DNA of 64,000 nt from NCBI GenBank assembly GCA_030528125.1, contig JAUMZM010000002.1, positions 5,293 through 69,292 of the forward strand. Direction: 5' to 3'. Shown in pieces: positions 30,201 to 41,187 of the stretch. This DNA is from Tissierellia bacterium (lineage in GTDB: Bacteria; Bacillota; Clostridia; Tissierellales; Peptoniphilaceae). Position numbers and translations under genes: made by a program. How positions within the stretch are numbered: position 1 is the first letter of the stretch; the number at the start of each line of letters is the position of its first letter. The notes beneath the pieces were generated by a model. It saw only the letters and a program-made list of their open reading frames with translations. It ran no database searches and was not told the origin of the DNA.

Positions 30201-31448
30201 ATGAGCGGAATTATAGGGATTTTTAAAAACGATAAGTCTGATGGAAAAGATCTAATCTATGGAATGTATTCAATTCAACATAGAGGACAAGATACTATGG
30301 GAATTGTATCATTCAATGGAGATGACATTTATACAAGATATGGACTTGGAACAGTTGCAGATAATATATCATCAGATGATGTAGAAGAAATTAAAGGAAA
30401 TGTATTTCTTGCTCACATGAAATATGAATTTCTAGGAGAAGATACAAGTGAAAAAATGCCTTATATCTATAAGGATTCAGCTATTGCAATAGATGGAGTT
30501 ATAACAAATGAAGACTTCTCACTAGAAGAACTTGCCAAGAAAATAAGAGGAGATGAAAAAGAGCTAATAGACTATATATCAAGCCTAAAAGGAGCATTTG
30601 CAATAATATATGCAGATAAAGATAAGCTTATAGCAATAAGAGATAGTCATTCAGTAAAACCTATAACAATTGGAAAGAAAGATGATAAATATGTAATATC
30701 ATCAGAAACCTGCTCATTTGATGCATTGGGAGTAACTAAGTACAAGGATCTTATAGGTGGAGAAATATTTATAATTACAAAAGACAAAGTACAATCACTC
30801 TACTCAGAACAAAGAGAGCACAGACTTGCTATATTTGAAATGTTTTATATCCAAAGACCAGATTCTTCAGTTGAAGGAGTTTCAGTATACAAATCAAGAT
30901 TTGATTCAGGAAAAATCTTATACGATGAATGTAAGACAAAAGCAGATATTGTAATGGGAGCACCAGATAGCGGGAATATCGCAGCAATGGGATATGCCAA
31001 AGAATCACAAATTCCATATCTACCAGGTCTTATAAAAAACAGATACATAAAAAGAACGTTCATAGAAAAAGAAGATGGAAAGAGAAAGAGAATTGTAAAA
31101 GTAAAGCTAAATGCAGTTAGAGAAGTAGTTCAAGGAAAAGATATAATCCTTGTAGATGATAGCATAGTAAGAGGAACAACTATAAGAAGAACAGTTGACA
31201 TACTAAAAAAAGCTGGAGCAAATAAGATTCATGTAAGAGTTGCAAGCCCTAAGATAAAGACAAGTGATAGCATTACTATAGATATACCAGATAAAAACAA
31301 GCTAATAGCTTATAAGAAAACACATCAAGAAATGGTAGAAGAGATAGGATGCGATTCTTTATACTTTATAACTATAGATGGACTTAGAAATGCTTGTGGA
31401 AACAGAGGATATTATGAAAGATATTTCTGGGGAGAAGATCATGAGTAA
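30201..31448 (+). CDS. purF: Amidophosphoribosyltransferase, divergent glutaminase domain
   Basis: QHRGQD and the PRTase motif VDDSIVRGTT are conserved. The N-terminus is MSGIIG rather than MCG (see findings). Confidence 0.85.
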   Translation: MSGIIGIFKNDKSDGKDLIYGMYSIQHRGQDTMGIVSFNGDDIYTRYGLGTVADNISSDDVEEIKGNVFLAHMKYEFLGEDTSEKMPYIYKDSAIAIDGVITNEDFSLEELAKKIRGDEKELIDYISSLKGAFAIIYADKDKLIAIRDSHSVKPITIGKKDDKYVISSETCSFDALGVTKYKDLIGGEIFIITKDKVQSLYSEQREHRLAIFEMFYIQRPDSSVEGVSVYKSRFDSGKILYDECKTKADIVMGAPDSGNIAAMGYAKESQIPYLPGLIKNRYIKRTFIEKEDGKRKRIVKVKLNAVREVVQGKDIILVDDSIVRGTTIRRTVDILKKAGANKIHVRVASPKIKTSDSITIDIPDKNKLIAYKKTHQEMVEEIGCDSLYFITIDGLRNACGNRGYYERYFWGEDHE

Positions 31449-32460
31449 AATAAGCTATAAAGATGCAGGAGTAGACAAAGAAAAAGGATATGAAGAAGTA
31501 TCACTTATAAAAGAAATATGCAAAGAAACCTATAATGACAATGTATTATCAGGAGTTGGAGGATTTGCATCACTTTATAAATTAGATAATAATATCAAAA
31601 ACCCAATTCTTGTATCAGGAAGCGATGGAGTTGGAACAAAGCTTAAAATAGCGATAGATATGGATAAGCATGATACAGTTGGAATAGATCTTGTTGCAAT
31701 GTGTGCAAATGACGTAATATGCCTTGGAGCAACTCCACTTTATTTTCTAGATTATATTGCAACAAACAAACTAGAACCCAAAAAGATGGCAAAGATTGTA
31801 GAAGGAATAAAAGAAGGATGCCTTCAATCAAAAGCTGCCCTAATAGGTGGAGAAACAGCTGAAATGAGCGATATGTATCAGGAAAATGAATACGATCTTG
31901 CAGGATTTATGACAGGAGTTGTAGATAAAGATAAGATTATAGATCATTCTAAGGTAAAAGAAGGCGATGTAGTAATAGCACTTCCATCAAATGGAATACA
32001 TTCAAATGGACTTACACTTGCAAGAAAGATAGTAAAAGATATAAAGAAGATCCCTTACGATACTTATATAGAAGAATTAGATAAGACAATTGGAGAAGAG
32101 CTTCTAACTCCAACAAGAATTTATGTCAAAGATATACTAAGCCTATTAGATAAAATTAACATAAATGCCATTGCAAATATCACAGGTGGTGGAATCTATG
32201 AGAATTTACAAAGAGTTCTAAATGATAAACTATCAGCAAAACTTGATGTATCTAATGTTGAAATTCCAAAGATATTTACACTTCTAAAAGACTGGGCAGA
32301 TATCGATACTAATGAGATGTATTCTACATTTAATATGGGAATAGGAATGGTTATTGTAGTAGATAGTAAGGATAAAGATATTGCAATAGAGCATTTTAAA
32401 GACTACAAGGCAGTTTGTATAGGAGAAATAGTAAATGGAAATGGCGAAGTCATCCTATAA
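31441..32460 (+). CDS. purM: AIR synthetase
   Basis: Starts MSKISYKDAGVD. The ATGAGTAA overlap with the purF stop argues against the longer ORF-track start at 31378. Confidence 0.9.
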   Translation: MSKISYKDAGVDKEKGYEEVSLIKEICKETYNDNVLSGVGGFASLYKLDNNIKNPILVSGSDGVGTKLKIAIDMDKHDTVGIDLVAMCANDVICLGATPLYFLDYIATNKLEPKKMAKIVEGIKEGCLQSKAALIGGETAEMSDMYQENEYDLAGFMTGVVDKDKIIDHSKVKEGDVVIALPSNGIHSNGLTLARKIVKDIKKIPYDTYIEELDKTIGEELLTPTRIYVKDILSLLDKININAIANITGGGIYENLQRVLNDKLSAKLDVSNVEIPKIFTLLKDWADIDTNEMYSTFNMGIGMVIVVDSKDKDIAIEHFKDYKAVCIGEIVNGNGEVIL

Positions 32461-33037
32461 GAATATTGCAGTGTTCTTATCAGGAAGAGGAAGTGACTTT
32501 AAATCAATTCTTTGTAACATAGATAAGATTAATGGAGATATAAAAATAGCAGTTTCAAATAGAAATGCTCCAGGTCTTAATTATGCTAAACAAAGAAATA
32601 TAGAAACTCTAATAGAAAATGACTTTTCTAAAATATTACAAAAAATGAAAGATTTAGATATAGATCTAATAGTTCTTGCAGGTTTTATAAAAATAATACC
32701 TAAAGATTTCATAGACGAATTTGAAGGAAAGATTATAAATATCCATCCCTCTCTTATACCAAGTTTTTGTGGAAAAGATTTCTATGGAGATAGAGTACAC
32801 GAAGCTGTCATAAAAAGAGGCGTTAAATTTACAGGATGCACAACACATTTTGTAACAGACATTCCCGATGGAGGACCAATAATCTTACAAAAGATTGTAA
32901 AAGTAGAACAAGATGATGACAAAGATTCAATTGCAAAGAAAGTATTGGATGAAGAACACAAACTATTACCAGAAACTGTCAGATTGTTTTGTGATGACAG
33001 ATTGATTATAAAGGGGAACAAGGTTTTAATAAGATGA
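32435..33037 (+). CDS. purN: GAR formyltransferase
   Basis: NIHPSLIP and GCTTHFV motifs. Confidence 0.9.
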   Translation: MEMAKSSYKNIAVFLSGRGSDFKSILCNIDKINGDIKIAVSNRNAPGLNYAKQRNIETLIENDFSKILQKMKDLDIDLIVLAGFIKIIPKDFIDEFEGKIINIHPSLIPSFCGKDFYGDRVHEAVIKRGVKFTGCTTHFVTDIPDGGPIILQKIVKVEQDDDKDSIAKKVLDEEHKLLPETVRLFCDDRLIIKGNKVLIR

Positions 33038-34254
33038 AAATTTTAATTATAGGAAGCGGCGGAAGAGAATACGCACTTGCAAAAAAGATTTCCAAAAGTC
33101 CTCTAGCTGATAAAATCTATACAGCTCCTGGAAATTATGGAATGAGGGATTTTGGTGAAACAGTTGATATCAAAGCTACAGATTATGATAGACTTATAGA
33201 TTTTGCCAAAGATAAAAAGATAGATCTTACAATAGTTGGCCCTGAAAATCCTCTTTCAGATGGGATTGTAGATAAATTTGAAGAAAATGGGCTAAAGATA
33301 TTTGGAGTAAATAAGGCTAACGCAAGATTTGAAGCAAGTAAGGATTTTACAAAGAAATTTCTAAATAAATACGATATACCAACTGCAAAATCCGAAACTT
33401 TTACAGATTATGAAAGTGCAAAAGATTATCTTAAGGATATAACTTATCCAATAGTGCTTAAGGCAGATGGACTTTGCTTTGGAAAAGGAGTATTTATTGC
33501 AAAAGATTATGACAATGCAATTAATTATCTAGATCAAATATTTGATGATCTAAATTCTAAGAAAATTGTCATAGAAGAATATCTTGATGGACGTGAATTA
33601 TCATCGATTTGTCTTGTATCTCACAATAAGATATTTCCATTGGAGTATGCAAGAGATTTTAAGAAGATCTTTGATGGAGATAAGGGAGAGAATACTGGAG
33701 GAGTTGGATCAGTAACCCCAGTTGATGATATTTCTGATTCTAATCTAGAAAAGATAAGAATGATACATAAGAAAATAGAAGAAGGATTTATAAAAGAAGA
33801 TATTGACTATACAGGAGTTCTATTTATCGGACTTATGATTACAGATAAGCCTTATGTACTTGAATTTAATGTAAGATTTGGAGATCCTGAGATTGAAGTC
33901 ATACTAGAAAAGATGGAAAGTGATCTTCTATCATTAATAATAAAGACAATGGATGGAAGCTTAAAGAAAGAAGACATAGTATTTGATGATAAAAGCTATC
34001 TTGGAGTTGTACTATGTTCAAGCGGATATCCACAAGCTTATGAGAAGAACAAAGAAATTACAATAAATAAATCAGATCTTGAAGTAATTCATTGCGCTAC
34101 AAAATATGAAGATGGAAAAATACTTACAAATGGCGGAAGAGTTATGATGGTTATTGCAGGAGATACTACAAAGCAAAAAGCCAGAGAGAAAGTTTATAAG
34201 GATATAGGAAGTATTCAATTTGAAGGAATTTATTATAGAAAGGATATAAAATGA
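33034..34254 (+). CDS. purD: GAR synthetase
   Basis: MKILIIGSGGREYAL N-terminus and ATP-grasp fold. Confidence 0.95.
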   Translation: MKILIIGSGGREYALAKKISKSPLADKIYTAPGNYGMRDFGETVDIKATDYDRLIDFAKDKKIDLTIVGPENPLSDGIVDKFEENGLKIFGVNKANARFEASKDFTKKFLNKYDIPTAKSETFTDYESAKDYLKDITYPIVLKADGLCFGKGVFIAKDYDNAINYLDQIFDDLNSKKIVIEEYLDGRELSSICLVSHNKIFPLEYARDFKKIFDGDKGENTGGVGSVTPVDDISDSNLEKIRMIHKKIEEGFIKEDIDYTGVLFIGLMITDKPYVLEFNVRFGDPEIEVILEKMESDLLSLIIKTMDGSLKKEDIVFDDKSYLGVVLCSSGYPQAYEKNKEITINKSDLEVIHCATKYEDGKILTNGGRVMMVIAGDTTKQKAREKVYKDIGSIQFEGIYYRKDIK

Positions 34255-35777
34255 GAGCATTAGTTTCAGTTTTTGACAAGGAAAATATCGTAGAATTTGC
34301 AAAAAGCTTAAGACAATTGGATTGGGAAATAGTATCAACAGGTGGAACTTACAATAAACTAAAAGAAAGTGGAGTAGACGTTGTATCAATAGAAGAGATT
34401 ACAGAATTTCCAGAAATATTAGATGGAAGAGTAAAAACTCTAAATCCCAAAATCCACGCTGGAATATTATACAAAAGAGATAACGAAAACCACAAAAAAA
34501 CAATGGATAAATTAAACTTAAAATCCTTTGATATGATAGTTTGTAATCTATATCCATTTGAAAAGACACTCAAACAAACAGATGATGAATCAAAAATAAT
34601 AGAAATGATTGATATAGGCGGACCATCAATGCTTCGTGCAGCTGCCAAAAACTTCAAAGATGTAATAGTTGTAACAGACAAAAACGACTATGATACTATA
34701 ATAGAAAAGCTCAAAGATAAAAGTATAGATTTATCCTATAAGAAAGAACTTGCTAAGAAAGTATTTGAGACTACATTTAATTATGATAAGTTAATATTTG
34801 AATACTTTAATAGAGAAAATGACAATGAATTCAAAGATAATTTAGTATATGATTTCAAAAAGCAAAATGACTTAAGATATGGTGAAAATCCTCATCAAAA
34901 AGCAGCATTCTATATAAACGAGAACTTAGATGAAAAATACCTTGCAAATATCAAAAAGCTTCATGGAAAAGAAATCTCATACAATAATTTAGTTGACTTA
35001 AATGCAGCAGTAAAATACGTAAAATACTTTGACGAATGTGCAACAGTTGCCATAAAACACAGAAATCCATGTGGAATAGCAATAGGAGAAAATCCTTATG
35101 ACTCATATATGAAAGCTTATGAATGTGATAGCGAATCAATATTTGGAGGAATAGTTGCATTTAATAGACAAGTTGATGCAAAAGCTGCAACAGAGATGAG
35201 TAAGATATTCTTAGAGATAATAGTAGCTCCTTCATTTACAGATGAGGCATTTGAAATTCTATCAAAGAAGAAAAACATAAGACTTATACAGATAGATAAT
35301 CTTTGTGAAATGGAAAATCCTAAGTATCAAATAAACGAAGTATTAAATGGAATTGTAATCCAAGAACATGATAATACATTTATAGATGAAAATGAATTGG
35401 AAGTTGTAACAAAAAGAAAACCAACTGAAAAAGAAATGAAAGATCTTAAATTTGCATTCCTTTGCGTAAAAGCTGCAGCATCAAATGGAATTGTATCAGC
35501 AAAAGACGGCGCAACTCTTGGAATTGGACAAGGACAGACAAAAAGAAGCTGGGCTGTAGAAGAAGCATTGGATCGTGCAGGAGATAAGATAAAAGGAGCA
35601 GTAATTGCAAGTGATGCATTCTTTTTTAAAGATACAATGGAATTATTAAAAGAATACGGAGTAAAAGCTGTAATCCAACCAGGTGGAAGTATTCACGACA
35701 AGGAAGTTATAGAATACGGAAACGAAAACGACATATCAGTTGTATTTACACATGTAAGACATTTTAGACATGCATAA
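34251..35777 (+). CDS. purH: Bifunctional AICAR transformylase / IMP cyclohydrolase
   Basis: ALVSVFDK, GGTY and the C-terminal RHFRH motifs. Confidence 0.95.
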   Translation: MRALVSVFDKENIVEFAKSLRQLDWEIVSTGGTYNKLKESGVDVVSIEEITEFPEILDGRVKTLNPKIHAGILYKRDNENHKKTMDKLNLKSFDMIVCNLYPFEKTLKQTDDESKIIEMIDIGGPSMLRAAAKNFKDVIVVTDKNDYDTIIEKLKDKSIDLSYKKELAKKVFETTFNYDKLIFEYFNRENDNEFKDNLVYDFKKQNDLRYGENPHQKAAFYINENLDEKYLANIKKLHGKEISYNNLVDLNAAVKYVKYFDECATVAIKHRNPCGIAIGENPYDSYMKAYECDSESIFGGIVAFNRQVDAKAATEMSKIFLEIIVAPSFTDEAFEILSKKKNIRLIQIDNLCEMENPKYQINEVLNGIVIQEHDNTFIDENELEVVTKRKPTEKEMKDLKFAFLCVKAAASNGIVSAKDGATLGIGQGQTKRSWAVEEALDRAGDKIKGAVIASDAFFFKDTMELLKEYGVKAVIQPGGSIHDKEVIEYGNENDISVVFTHVRHFRHA

Positions 35778-35803
35778 AAATAAAATATAAATTACTTTAA
35801 TAT

Positions 35804-35847
35804 AAGCAACTTGTGGTAGATGATTAGTCTATCATAGGTTGCTTTTT
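35804..35847 (+). terminator. Intrinsic terminator after purH
   Basis: Long stem aagcaacttgtggtaga/tctatcataggttgctt (with G-U pairs) followed by a T-run. Confidence 0.65.
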
Positions 35848-35930
35848 ATAATATTGATTATAAATTTATTAAAATTCAGTTTTATTGAATGCACAAATTT
35901 TCATGGTATATTAAATCAAAAGGAGATAAT

Positions 35931-36614
35931 ATGTTTTTTTACGATAGTACCTATATTTTGGTAATAATTGGAATAATTATTACAATGATTGCAAGTTCTA
36001 ATGTCAATCATACATTTAATAAATACAAAAAAATAAAATCAACTAAAAATATAACAGGCTTAGATGCTGCAAAATATATTTTAAGATCTAAAGGATATGA
36101 TGATATTTCAATAAAAAGAACCGGTGGTTCTCTTAGTGATTACTATAATCCTATCAAAAAGCAAATCGCTTTATCAGATTCTACTATAAATGATGATTCT
36201 GTTGCTGCAATTGCAGTTGCAAGCCATGAATGTGGACATGTTATTCAATACAAGGAAGGATATGTTCCATTAAAGATAAAATCTTTTATAGTACCTGTTG
36301 TAAATCTTTCAAGTAGACTTTCATTTCCAATGATTCTAATTGGAATTCTTCTAAGCTACAATCAAACTTTGATTGATTTTGGCATAGTTTTATTCTCATT
36401 TGTGCTTATATTTCAAATAGTTACATTACCTGTAGAGTTTAATGCATCTAAAAGAGCACTTAGAGTTTTAAAGGATAGCTATATGCTAAATGAAACAGAA
36501 CTTACTTATGCAAAAGAGGTTTTGCATGCAGCAGCTCTTACTTATGTTGCGGCAGTTTTGGCTACAAGTCTTCAGTTTTTAAGACTTATATTGCTATTTG
36601 GAAGAAGAGATTAA
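35931..36614 (+). CDS. Membrane zinc metallopeptidase (Zn_peptidase_2-like)
   Basis: HECGH motif with flanking TM segments. The ATG at 35931 follows AAAGGAGA. Confidence 0.7.
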   Translation: MFFYDSTYILVIIGIIITMIASSNVNHTFNKYKKIKSTKNITGLDAAKYILRSKGYDDISIKRTGGSLSDYYNPIKKQIALSDSTINDDSVAAIAVASHECGHVIQYKEGYVPLKIKSFIVPVVNLSSRLSFPMILIGILLSYNQTLIDFGIVLFSFVLIFQIVTLPVEFNASKRALRVLKDSYMLNETELTYAKEVLHAAALTYVAAVLATSLQFLRLILLFGRRD

Positions 36615-36670
36615 TTGAAAAAATACACTAAGGGGGTAAAATCATACTAAAAGGCTCCCAATTAACTTAA

Positions 36671-36688
36671 AGGTCAGGGTAAGTCAAA
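36671..36688 (+). promoter_or_regulatory. CtsR operator (tandem heptad)
   Basis: aGGTCAGG-gta-AGTCAAA compared with the consensus (A/G)GTCAAA-NAN-(A/G)GTCAAA. Lies 14 nt upstream of ctsR. Confidence 0.55.
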
Positions 36689-36701
36689 AAGAGGTGAAAT
36701 A

Positions 36702-37166
36702 ATGTCTGGTCTTACTTCAGATATAGAGAAATTTTTAAAAGCTCTGCTTGATGAGGCAGATGGAATGGTTGAAATAGGAAGAAATGATTTGGCAAATCAA
36801 TTTGATTGTGCTCCAAGTCAGATAAATTATGTTCTTACGACAAGATTTACTCCTATAAAAGGCTATTACATCGAATCAAAAAGAGGGGGCAATGGATTTA
36901 TAAAGATAATGACTATAACAGAATCCAGCGAAGAGGATTATATATCCTATGTTCTAAAGAATTTGACAGATGAGATTTCTTATAGTCAAGCTGAAAATCT
37001 ACTAGAAGATTTGTGGGAGAAAGATTTAATAAATAAAAGAGAAGAAATGCTTATGAGATATTCTATTACGAATAACTCGCTTAAGAATATAGATAACAAA
37101 AAAAGAAATAAAGTTAGATGTGACATACTCAAAAATATGTTACTTAGTTTTTTGACGGGAGTTTAA
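36702..37166 (+). CDS. ctsR: Class III stress gene repressor CtsR
   Basis: SDIEKFLK...APSQINYVL..RFT..GY.IESKRGGNGFI matches CtsR. Confidence 0.9.
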   Translation: MSGLTSDIEKFLKALLDEADGMVEIGRNDLANQFDCAPSQINYVLTTRFTPIKGYYIESKRGGNGFIKIMTITESSEEDYISYVLKNLTDEISYSQAENLLEDLWEKDLINKREEMLMRYSITNNSLKNIDNKKRNKVRCDILKNMLLSFLTGV

Positions 37167-37168
37167 TT

Positions 37169-37762
37169 ATGAAATGCGATAAATGTGGGAAAGAAGCAAA
37201 TGTTAAGATAAAAGCTATAATAAACGGCCACAGCAGCGATATGTATTTATGTGGGGAATGCTTTGAAAAGTATATAAATAAAGAAGACTTTGCTGATATC
37301 ATCGATTTATCAGAAGAGTTAAAGGATGGGTCAAGGAGTTTTGAAGAAAGCTCATTAATTGATTCCTTCTTACCTACTCTTAGCCAAGTTATATCAGGAA
37401 TTTATGATTACAATTATAGCAAGAATAATGACGTAAGCTTATCAATTAGAGAAAAACTTTCTAATAATGTATGTCCTAATTGTGGAAATGAAGAGTCTAA
37501 TATAGAACAAGGACTTTTTGATTGTGAGAAATGCTATAGCTTAAATCGCAATCTTACAACAAGAGTTCTCAAAAGATTTAATAACTACAAGACATATAGT
37601 GGAAAGATGCCACGAAGATTTAAGAAATTTCAAAATATTGCAGATAAGATAAAAAAGCTTCAAGAACAGCTTACAGAAAGCATCGAAATAGAAGATTATG
37701 AGAGAGCTTCTAGTCTTAGAGATGAAATTAATAAGTTGAATGGGATGGTTAGAATTGATTAA
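37169..37762 (+). CDS. mcsA: McsA (zinc-finger / UVR-motif activator of McsB)
   Basis: CxxC...CxxC pairs at the N-terminus and mid-protein. C-terminal UVR-like EDYERASSLRDEI. Confidence 0.8.
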   Translation: MKCDKCGKEANVKIKAIINGHSSDMYLCGECFEKYINKEDFADIIDLSEELKDGSRSFEESSLIDSFLPTLSQVISGIYDYNYSKNNDVSLSIREKLSNNVCPNCGNEESNIEQGLFDCEKCYSLNRNLTTRVLKRFNNYKTYSGKMPRRFKKFQNIADKIKKLQEQLTESIEIEDYERASSLRDEINKLNGMVRID

Positions 37763-38729
37763 ATATTCAAATGATATAATTTTAAATTCAAATTTTACGA
37801 TTAGAAGAAATATCGAAGGATACAAATTTCCTCATGCCATGGATTATGATGAAAAAATGGAAGTAAATGACATTATAAAAAAAATTTATGGCGATGATTT
37901 CTTTATGATCAGTGATTTGACAGATGAAGTAAGAGAAAATCTTGTAGAAAATTTTGTGATTCCAAGAGGCTTCGATGATGAAAATGCAGCAGTTGTCATA
38001 AAAGACGGCTATGTTATAGCTGTAAATGTAGAAGATCATTTGGCAATTAATGTATTTGATTTTGGGCTTGATTTAGAGGGAGCTTTTGATAGAGCTTATG
38101 AAGTAGAAAACTTTCTTGATAGCAAATTAGACTTTGCATTTGATTTGAAGTTTGGTTATTTATCAAGCGATGCTGGAATAATAGGAGATGGAATTGATCT
38201 AAAATATAAGATGTTTCTATTTGGACTTCTTAAAGAAATAGAAAATTACGTCTCAGTTAAAGCAACACTTCAATATAATAAATTAACCTTAGATAAATAT
38301 CTTCCTTATGAAGAAAACGACTATGCAGATGATATATACATTATTATAAATAATGGGAATTACTTTAATGATACAAGAAAAAGAATACTTAAGATTGAAG
38401 ATATAATAGATACAATTACAAGTGGAGAAAAGAAGTTTAGAAGAGATTACAATCTTTTATACAACGAAAGTGGAGATGATGTAAGAGAGAATATATCGAT
38501 AATATATTCTAACTTAGAAAATTCAAAGCTAGAATCAATTACACAAATGGCAGATAGCTTATACAAGCTTAAAAAATACAATTTATTAGGCTATGATACA
38601 AAGCTTAACAAAGAACAGATAGATTACTTGCTTTTTAATCTACAAAAAAGCAAATACCAATTACAAAGAGATCCGGAAAGATACGAATTTCTAAAAAACT
38701 ATATGGAGGAAATAAATGGAAGCAAATAG
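37740..38729 (+). CDS. mcsB: McsB-like protein arginine kinase homolog with degenerate active-site motif
   Basis: IRRNIEGYKFP and VEDHLAI match McsB. The TSCPTNVGTGLR signature reads SSDAGIIGDGID. Confidence 0.7.
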   Translation: MGWLELIKYSNDIILNSNFTIRRNIEGYKFPHAMDYDEKMEVNDIIKKIYGDDFFMISDLTDEVRENLVENFVIPRGFDDENAAVVIKDGYVIAVNVEDHLAINVFDFGLDLEGAFDRAYEVENFLDSKLDFAFDLKFGYLSSDAGIIGDGIDLKYKMFLFGLLKEIENYVSVKATLQYNKLTLDKYLPYEENDYADDIYIIINNGNYFNDTRKRILKIEDIIDTITSGEKKFRRDYNLLYNESGDDVRENISIIYSNLENSKLESITQMADSLYKLKKYNLLGYDTKLNKEQIDYLLFNLQKSKYQLQRDPERYEFLKNYMEEINGSK

Positions 38730-41139
38730 ACTAACAATTGTACTCCAACAGGCAAGAAGAGAATCTTATTCATTAAATCATGATTATGTAGGAAATGAAC
38801 ATATCTTACTTGCATTGATGAAAACAGGTTCCATTGCCACAAAAGCCTTAGAGCAAAGTGGAGCAAACTATGACTTGTTTAGGTCAATAGTTATAAATAA
38901 TTTAGGAAAAGGAACAAGTGTAAAGCCTGCTACAGGTTATAATAAAGACGTTCAAATGCTCTTAGATAGAACAAGATATATTGCAGGCAAAAGAAAAGAT
39001 AATTATGTAGGAGAAGAACATCTACTACTAGGATTACTTGAAGATAGCGAATCATTTGTAAATATAATGTTCTTGTTATCTGGAATAGATAAAGAAAAGG
39101 TCGAAGCAAATCTTATCAATCTTTTAAAACAAAGACCAAAAACAAAAAGTGAAGGAATAGGACTTTCAGAAGATGTATTAAAATTTGCAAAAGACTTAAA
39201 TCAAATGAGCAAAGACGGAAGAATAGACCCTGTCATAGCAAGAGATAAAGAAATCGAAAGAGTAATACAAATTCTTCTAAGAAGAACAAAGAATAACCCA
39301 ATTCTAATAGGAGAGCCTGGAGTTGGAAAGACAGCCATAGCTGAAGGACTTGCACAAAAGATAGTAAATAACGAAGTACCTAAGGTTATGAAAAAAAAGA
39401 CTATATTATCCCTTGATATAGCTCAAATGCTCGCTGGAACTAAGTATCGTGGAGATTTTGAAGAAAGACTTAAGAAAATGATAGATGAAGTCTCAAAAAG
39501 AGATGATATTGTCTTATTCATAGATGAATTCCACATGGTACTTGGAGCAGGAGCAGCAGAAGGAAGTATGGATGCTGCAAATATCCTAAAACCTGTACTT
39601 GCAAAAGGAGAAATCCAGATAATAGGCGCTACAACAACAGATGAATACAGAAAGCATGTTGAAAAGGACTCAGCACTTGCAAGACGTCTTCAGACAATCC
39701 AAGTAGATGAGCCAAGCCTAGATGATACAAAGAAAATCCTAAATGGTCTAAAGAAAAAATACGAAGACCATCACAAAGTAGAAATAACACAAGAGGCAAT
39801 AGATGCATCTGTTGAACTTTCTGATAGATATATAACAGATAGATTCTTCCCGGATAAAGCCATAGATTTAATAGATGAGGCTTGCTCCAAAAAGAGAATG
39901 GATAATTATGATGGAGATAGCGAGAAAGATAAGATAGATGATAGACTAAATTCTCTAATTAGAGATAAGGATCTTGCAGTAAGCGAACAAGATTTTGAAA
40001 AAGCAGCAAGTCTAAGAGATGAGATAAACGAAGAAAAAGAAAATCTCAAGAAAGCATCACAAAAAGAAAGCAAAGAAAAATCCATATCTATAGACTATGA
40101 AGATATAGCAAAAGTAGTATCTAGCTGGTCAAAAGTTCCTGTAACAAAACTTACAGAAAACGAAATGGAAAAATATAGAGATTTAACAGATAATCTATCA
40201 AAAGAAGTAATAGGACAAAACCAAGCTATAGATAGCGTATCTCATGCTATAAAAAGAGCAAGAGTTGGAATAAAAGATCCAACCAAACCAATAGGATCAT
40301 TTATATTTGTAGGACCAACGGGAGTTGGAAAGACATATCTTGCAAAATCACTTGCCAGAAATCTATTTGGAAGCGAAGATAATCTTATAAGAATAGATAT
40401 GAGTGAGTATATGGAGAAATTTTCCACATCAAGACTTGTAGGTTCACCTCCAGGATATGTTGGATATGATGAAGGTGGAGAACTTACAAAAGCTGTAAGA
40501 AGCCATCCATATTCTGTAATATTATTTGATGAAATTGAAAAAGCCCATCCAGATGTATTTAATATCCTACTTCAAATACTAGATGATGGAAGACTTACAG
40601 ATGGACAAGGAAGAACAGTAGATTTCAAAAACACAATAATTATAATGACATCAAATGTAGGTGCAAGCTTTACTGGAAACAAATCATCTATTGGATTTTC
40701 AACAGATGATATAGAAACAAATATCGAAAAGAACAACGAAAATATAATAAAAAATGAAATAAAAAGAACATTTGCTCCAGAATTTCTAAATAGACTTGAT
40801 GAAGTAATAATGTTTAATTCACTTACAAAAGACGATATAATAGAAATTACAAGATTGATGCTAGATAAAACAGTGGCAAGACTTGCAAAACTTGGCATTG
40901 AAGTAAAATATAATGTAAGAGTACTAGATTATATTGCACAAAAAGGCTTTGATAGACAATTTGGTGCAAGACCATTGGAGCGTACAATTACAAAATATAT
41001 AGAAGATGAGCTAGCAGAAGAAATATTAAATGGTCAAATCAAAAAAGACATGGCTATAAATTTAACGGTAAAGCAAGGTAAGATCAATTTTTCCAACAAG
41101 ATTTATGCACCTGATAGGGACAAAGTTCTTACAAAATAA
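38716..41139 (+). CDS. clpC: ATP-dependent Clp protease ATP-binding subunit ClpC
   Basis: 807 aa. Has Clp_N repeats, two AAA+ modules ([16 protein letters not shown]) and a UVR linker. Confidence 0.95.
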   Translation: MEANRLTIVLQQARRESYSLNHDYVGNEHILLALMKTGSIATKALEQSGANYDLFRSIVINNLGKGTSVKPATGYNKDVQMLLDRTRYIAGKRKDNYVGEEHLLLGLLEDSESFVNIMFLLSGIDKEKVEANLINLLKQRPKTKSEGIGLSEDVLKFAKDLNQMSKDGRIDPVIARDKEIERVIQILLRRTKNNPILIGEPGVGKTAIAEGLAQKIVNNEVPKVMKKKTILSLDIAQMLAGTKYRGDFEERLKKMIDEVSKRDDIVLFIDEFHMVLGAGAAEGSMDAANILKPVLAKGEIQIIGATTTDEYRKHVEKDSALARRLQTIQVDEPSLDDTKKILNGLKKKYEDHHKVEITQEAIDASVELSDRYITDRFFPDKAIDLIDEACSKKRMDNYDGDSEKDKIDDRLNSLIRDKDLAVSEQDFEKAASLRDEINEEKENLKKASQKESKEKSISIDYEDIAKVVSSWSKVPVTKLTENEMEKYRDLTDNLSKEVIGQNQAIDSVSHAIKRARVGIKDPTKPIGSFIFVGPTGVGKTYLAKSLARNLFGSEDNLIRIDMSEYMEKFSTSRLVGSPPGYVGYDEGGELTKAVRSHPYSVILFDEIEKAHPDVFNILLQILDDGRLTDGQGRTVDFKNTIIIMTSNVGASFTGNKSSIGFSTDDIETNIEKNNENIIKNEIKRTFAPEFLNRLDEVIMFNSLTKDDIIEITRLMLDKTVARLAKLGIEVKYNVRVLDYIAQKGFDRQFGARPLERTITKYIEDELAEEILNGQIKKDMAINLTVKQGKINFSNKIYAPDRDKVLTK

Positions 41140-41144
41140 AACTC

Positions 41145-41170
41145 AAAGAGGAGCATAGCTCCTCTTTTTC
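41145..41170 (+). terminator. Intrinsic terminator after clpC
   Basis: agaggagc ata gctcctct followed by a T-run. Confidence 0.75.
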
Positions 41171-41187
41171 TTAGTAGCGGAGGATAT

